NCBI RefSeq assembly: GCF_036365525.1
Contig: NC_090380.1
Location: forward strand, 82,345,658 to 82,409,657
Length of the DNA stretch: 64,000 bases
From: Heterodontus francisci
Taxonomy: Eukaryota
Direction of reading: 5' to 3'
The notes beneath the pieces are model-generated. The model was not told where the DNA came from. It searched no databases and saw only the letters and a list, made by a program, of their open reading frames with translations. Below are positions 62,869 through 64,000 of the stretch, piece by piece; the stretch's first letter is position 1; every line of letters begins with the position of its first letter. The position numbers and the translations under genes were made by a program.

Positions 62869-63679
62869 GGGCTGGATTTTGTGAGGTAGGGTCGGAGGCG
62901 CGAGTGGGGAGGGGGAGCGAGCATGGAGTACTGTGATGGGGGAGGCGGTAGGGCAGAGGGCCCATTGCCTCTCTGTCGCCCGGTGATCTTCCCAAGGGTG
63001 GGATAGGCCAATGACGGCTTTCTCACTCAGTGGCCAATTGAGGGCCTATTAACAGCCAGTTAAGGGGCTCTTCCCACCACCGCTGGGATCTTACCAGGGT
63101 GGGGGGTCTCCGCCACGTGTGGAGGACACCTTGTAAAATGAGGCGTGCTCCCTGCTGGCTTTGGTGGGGGTGGGGGGTGGGGGTTGGTTCCCTCTTTTGT
63201 GGGCAATTTGTGGCCCACAGAGGACCCCTATTGGGAACAACTTTAACCCCCCCCCATATAACTCTTCCCCCTTGACTGCATGACCACCCCACCCCGCACC
63301 CCAACTCGCTGCAGCCTTTTGGACTAGCCCCAGCAACCTCGCCTCACTTACCTCTATTACTGGGTTCCAACCCTAGCCCTGGGTCCAAGGCCTCTGCTGT
63401 ACCGGCAGTGGCCACCGCTCCCATTGGCGTTGCAGATACTGCTGGTCTGATTGGCCGGCAACTGTTGCAGGCAGGATCCCCGTTCTTTTAAAGACTTTAA
63501 GGGGTCGGGGATCCCGCCTCCTGAAACTTCGATTTAAAAAGATCAGAGGATTGCTCCAGTGCGGGGGTGGGTGGGGTTAGGGGAGAGGTGGGTGGGGGTG
63601 CAATAAAATGCAGAGGCAGGGCTCCCCCACATTTTCGGCCCAGTGGCAGAAGCCCTGCCTCCTCTTCAAAATCCAGCCC
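62869..63679. mobile_element. PIF/Harbinger MITE
   Basis: Perfect 13-bp TIR GGGCTGGATTTTG / CAAAATCCAGCCC and canonical TAA/TAA TSD. Adjoins another MITE fragment at about 62630-62860. Confidence 0.93.
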
Positions 63680-64000
63680 TAAATGTCTGTGCTCTGGAAA
63701 ATGTTATTTTATCTTTTTGTAAGAGGTTTCTAACCCAAGGATTTTTTTTTTTTGGTACGACACAGATGAATAAACAACCAGAATCACTTCAAATATCCCA
63801 AATTCTAATACACACCATTAAACATCTAAAATTCAAAGCTGCCACGTGTGAGCCATATTATCCAGAATTAAAGTCCCACACATACCTTGACATAATAACC
63901 AGAATTTCACTGTGGCCACCAATGAAATTCAAGTTTTCACAGCATAAGGTAAGTTAACCTTAATAATTCCAACTTAGTTCAGACCAATACTTAGTAACTG

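Overview
Eukaryotic, transposon-saturated genomic DNA. The repeat complement (HE1-type V-SINE, Deu-domain SINEs, many CR1 LINEs, Penelope elements, intron-containing Harbinger elements) points to a shark or other elasmobranch (inference). Most of the window is nested mobile DNA: CR1, RTE, L2/Crack-type and Tx1 LINEs, Penelope elements with minimal hammerhead ribozyme motifs, PIF/Harbinger transposons and MITEs, a hAT MITE and short solo LTRs. Most ORFs in the supplied track are TE fragments or shadow frames. The only host coding sequence I can recognise is one divergent 3' exon of a sarcomeric myosin heavy chain on the minus strand (38817-38677). Its expected upstream neighbour exon is not visible in the 25 kb to its right. 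The most striking observation is a 4.7-kb Tx1 retrotransposon (52709-57425, minus) bounded by a 16-bp target-site duplication. Its first 32 nt are the 5' end of U1 snRNA, followed by a short leader that folds back onto the U1 splice-site-recognition sequence, and then the ORF1 start codon. No rRNA, intact tRNA or CRISPR array is present. All family assignments come from motif recognition by eye, not from database searches, and element ends without a TSD are approximate.
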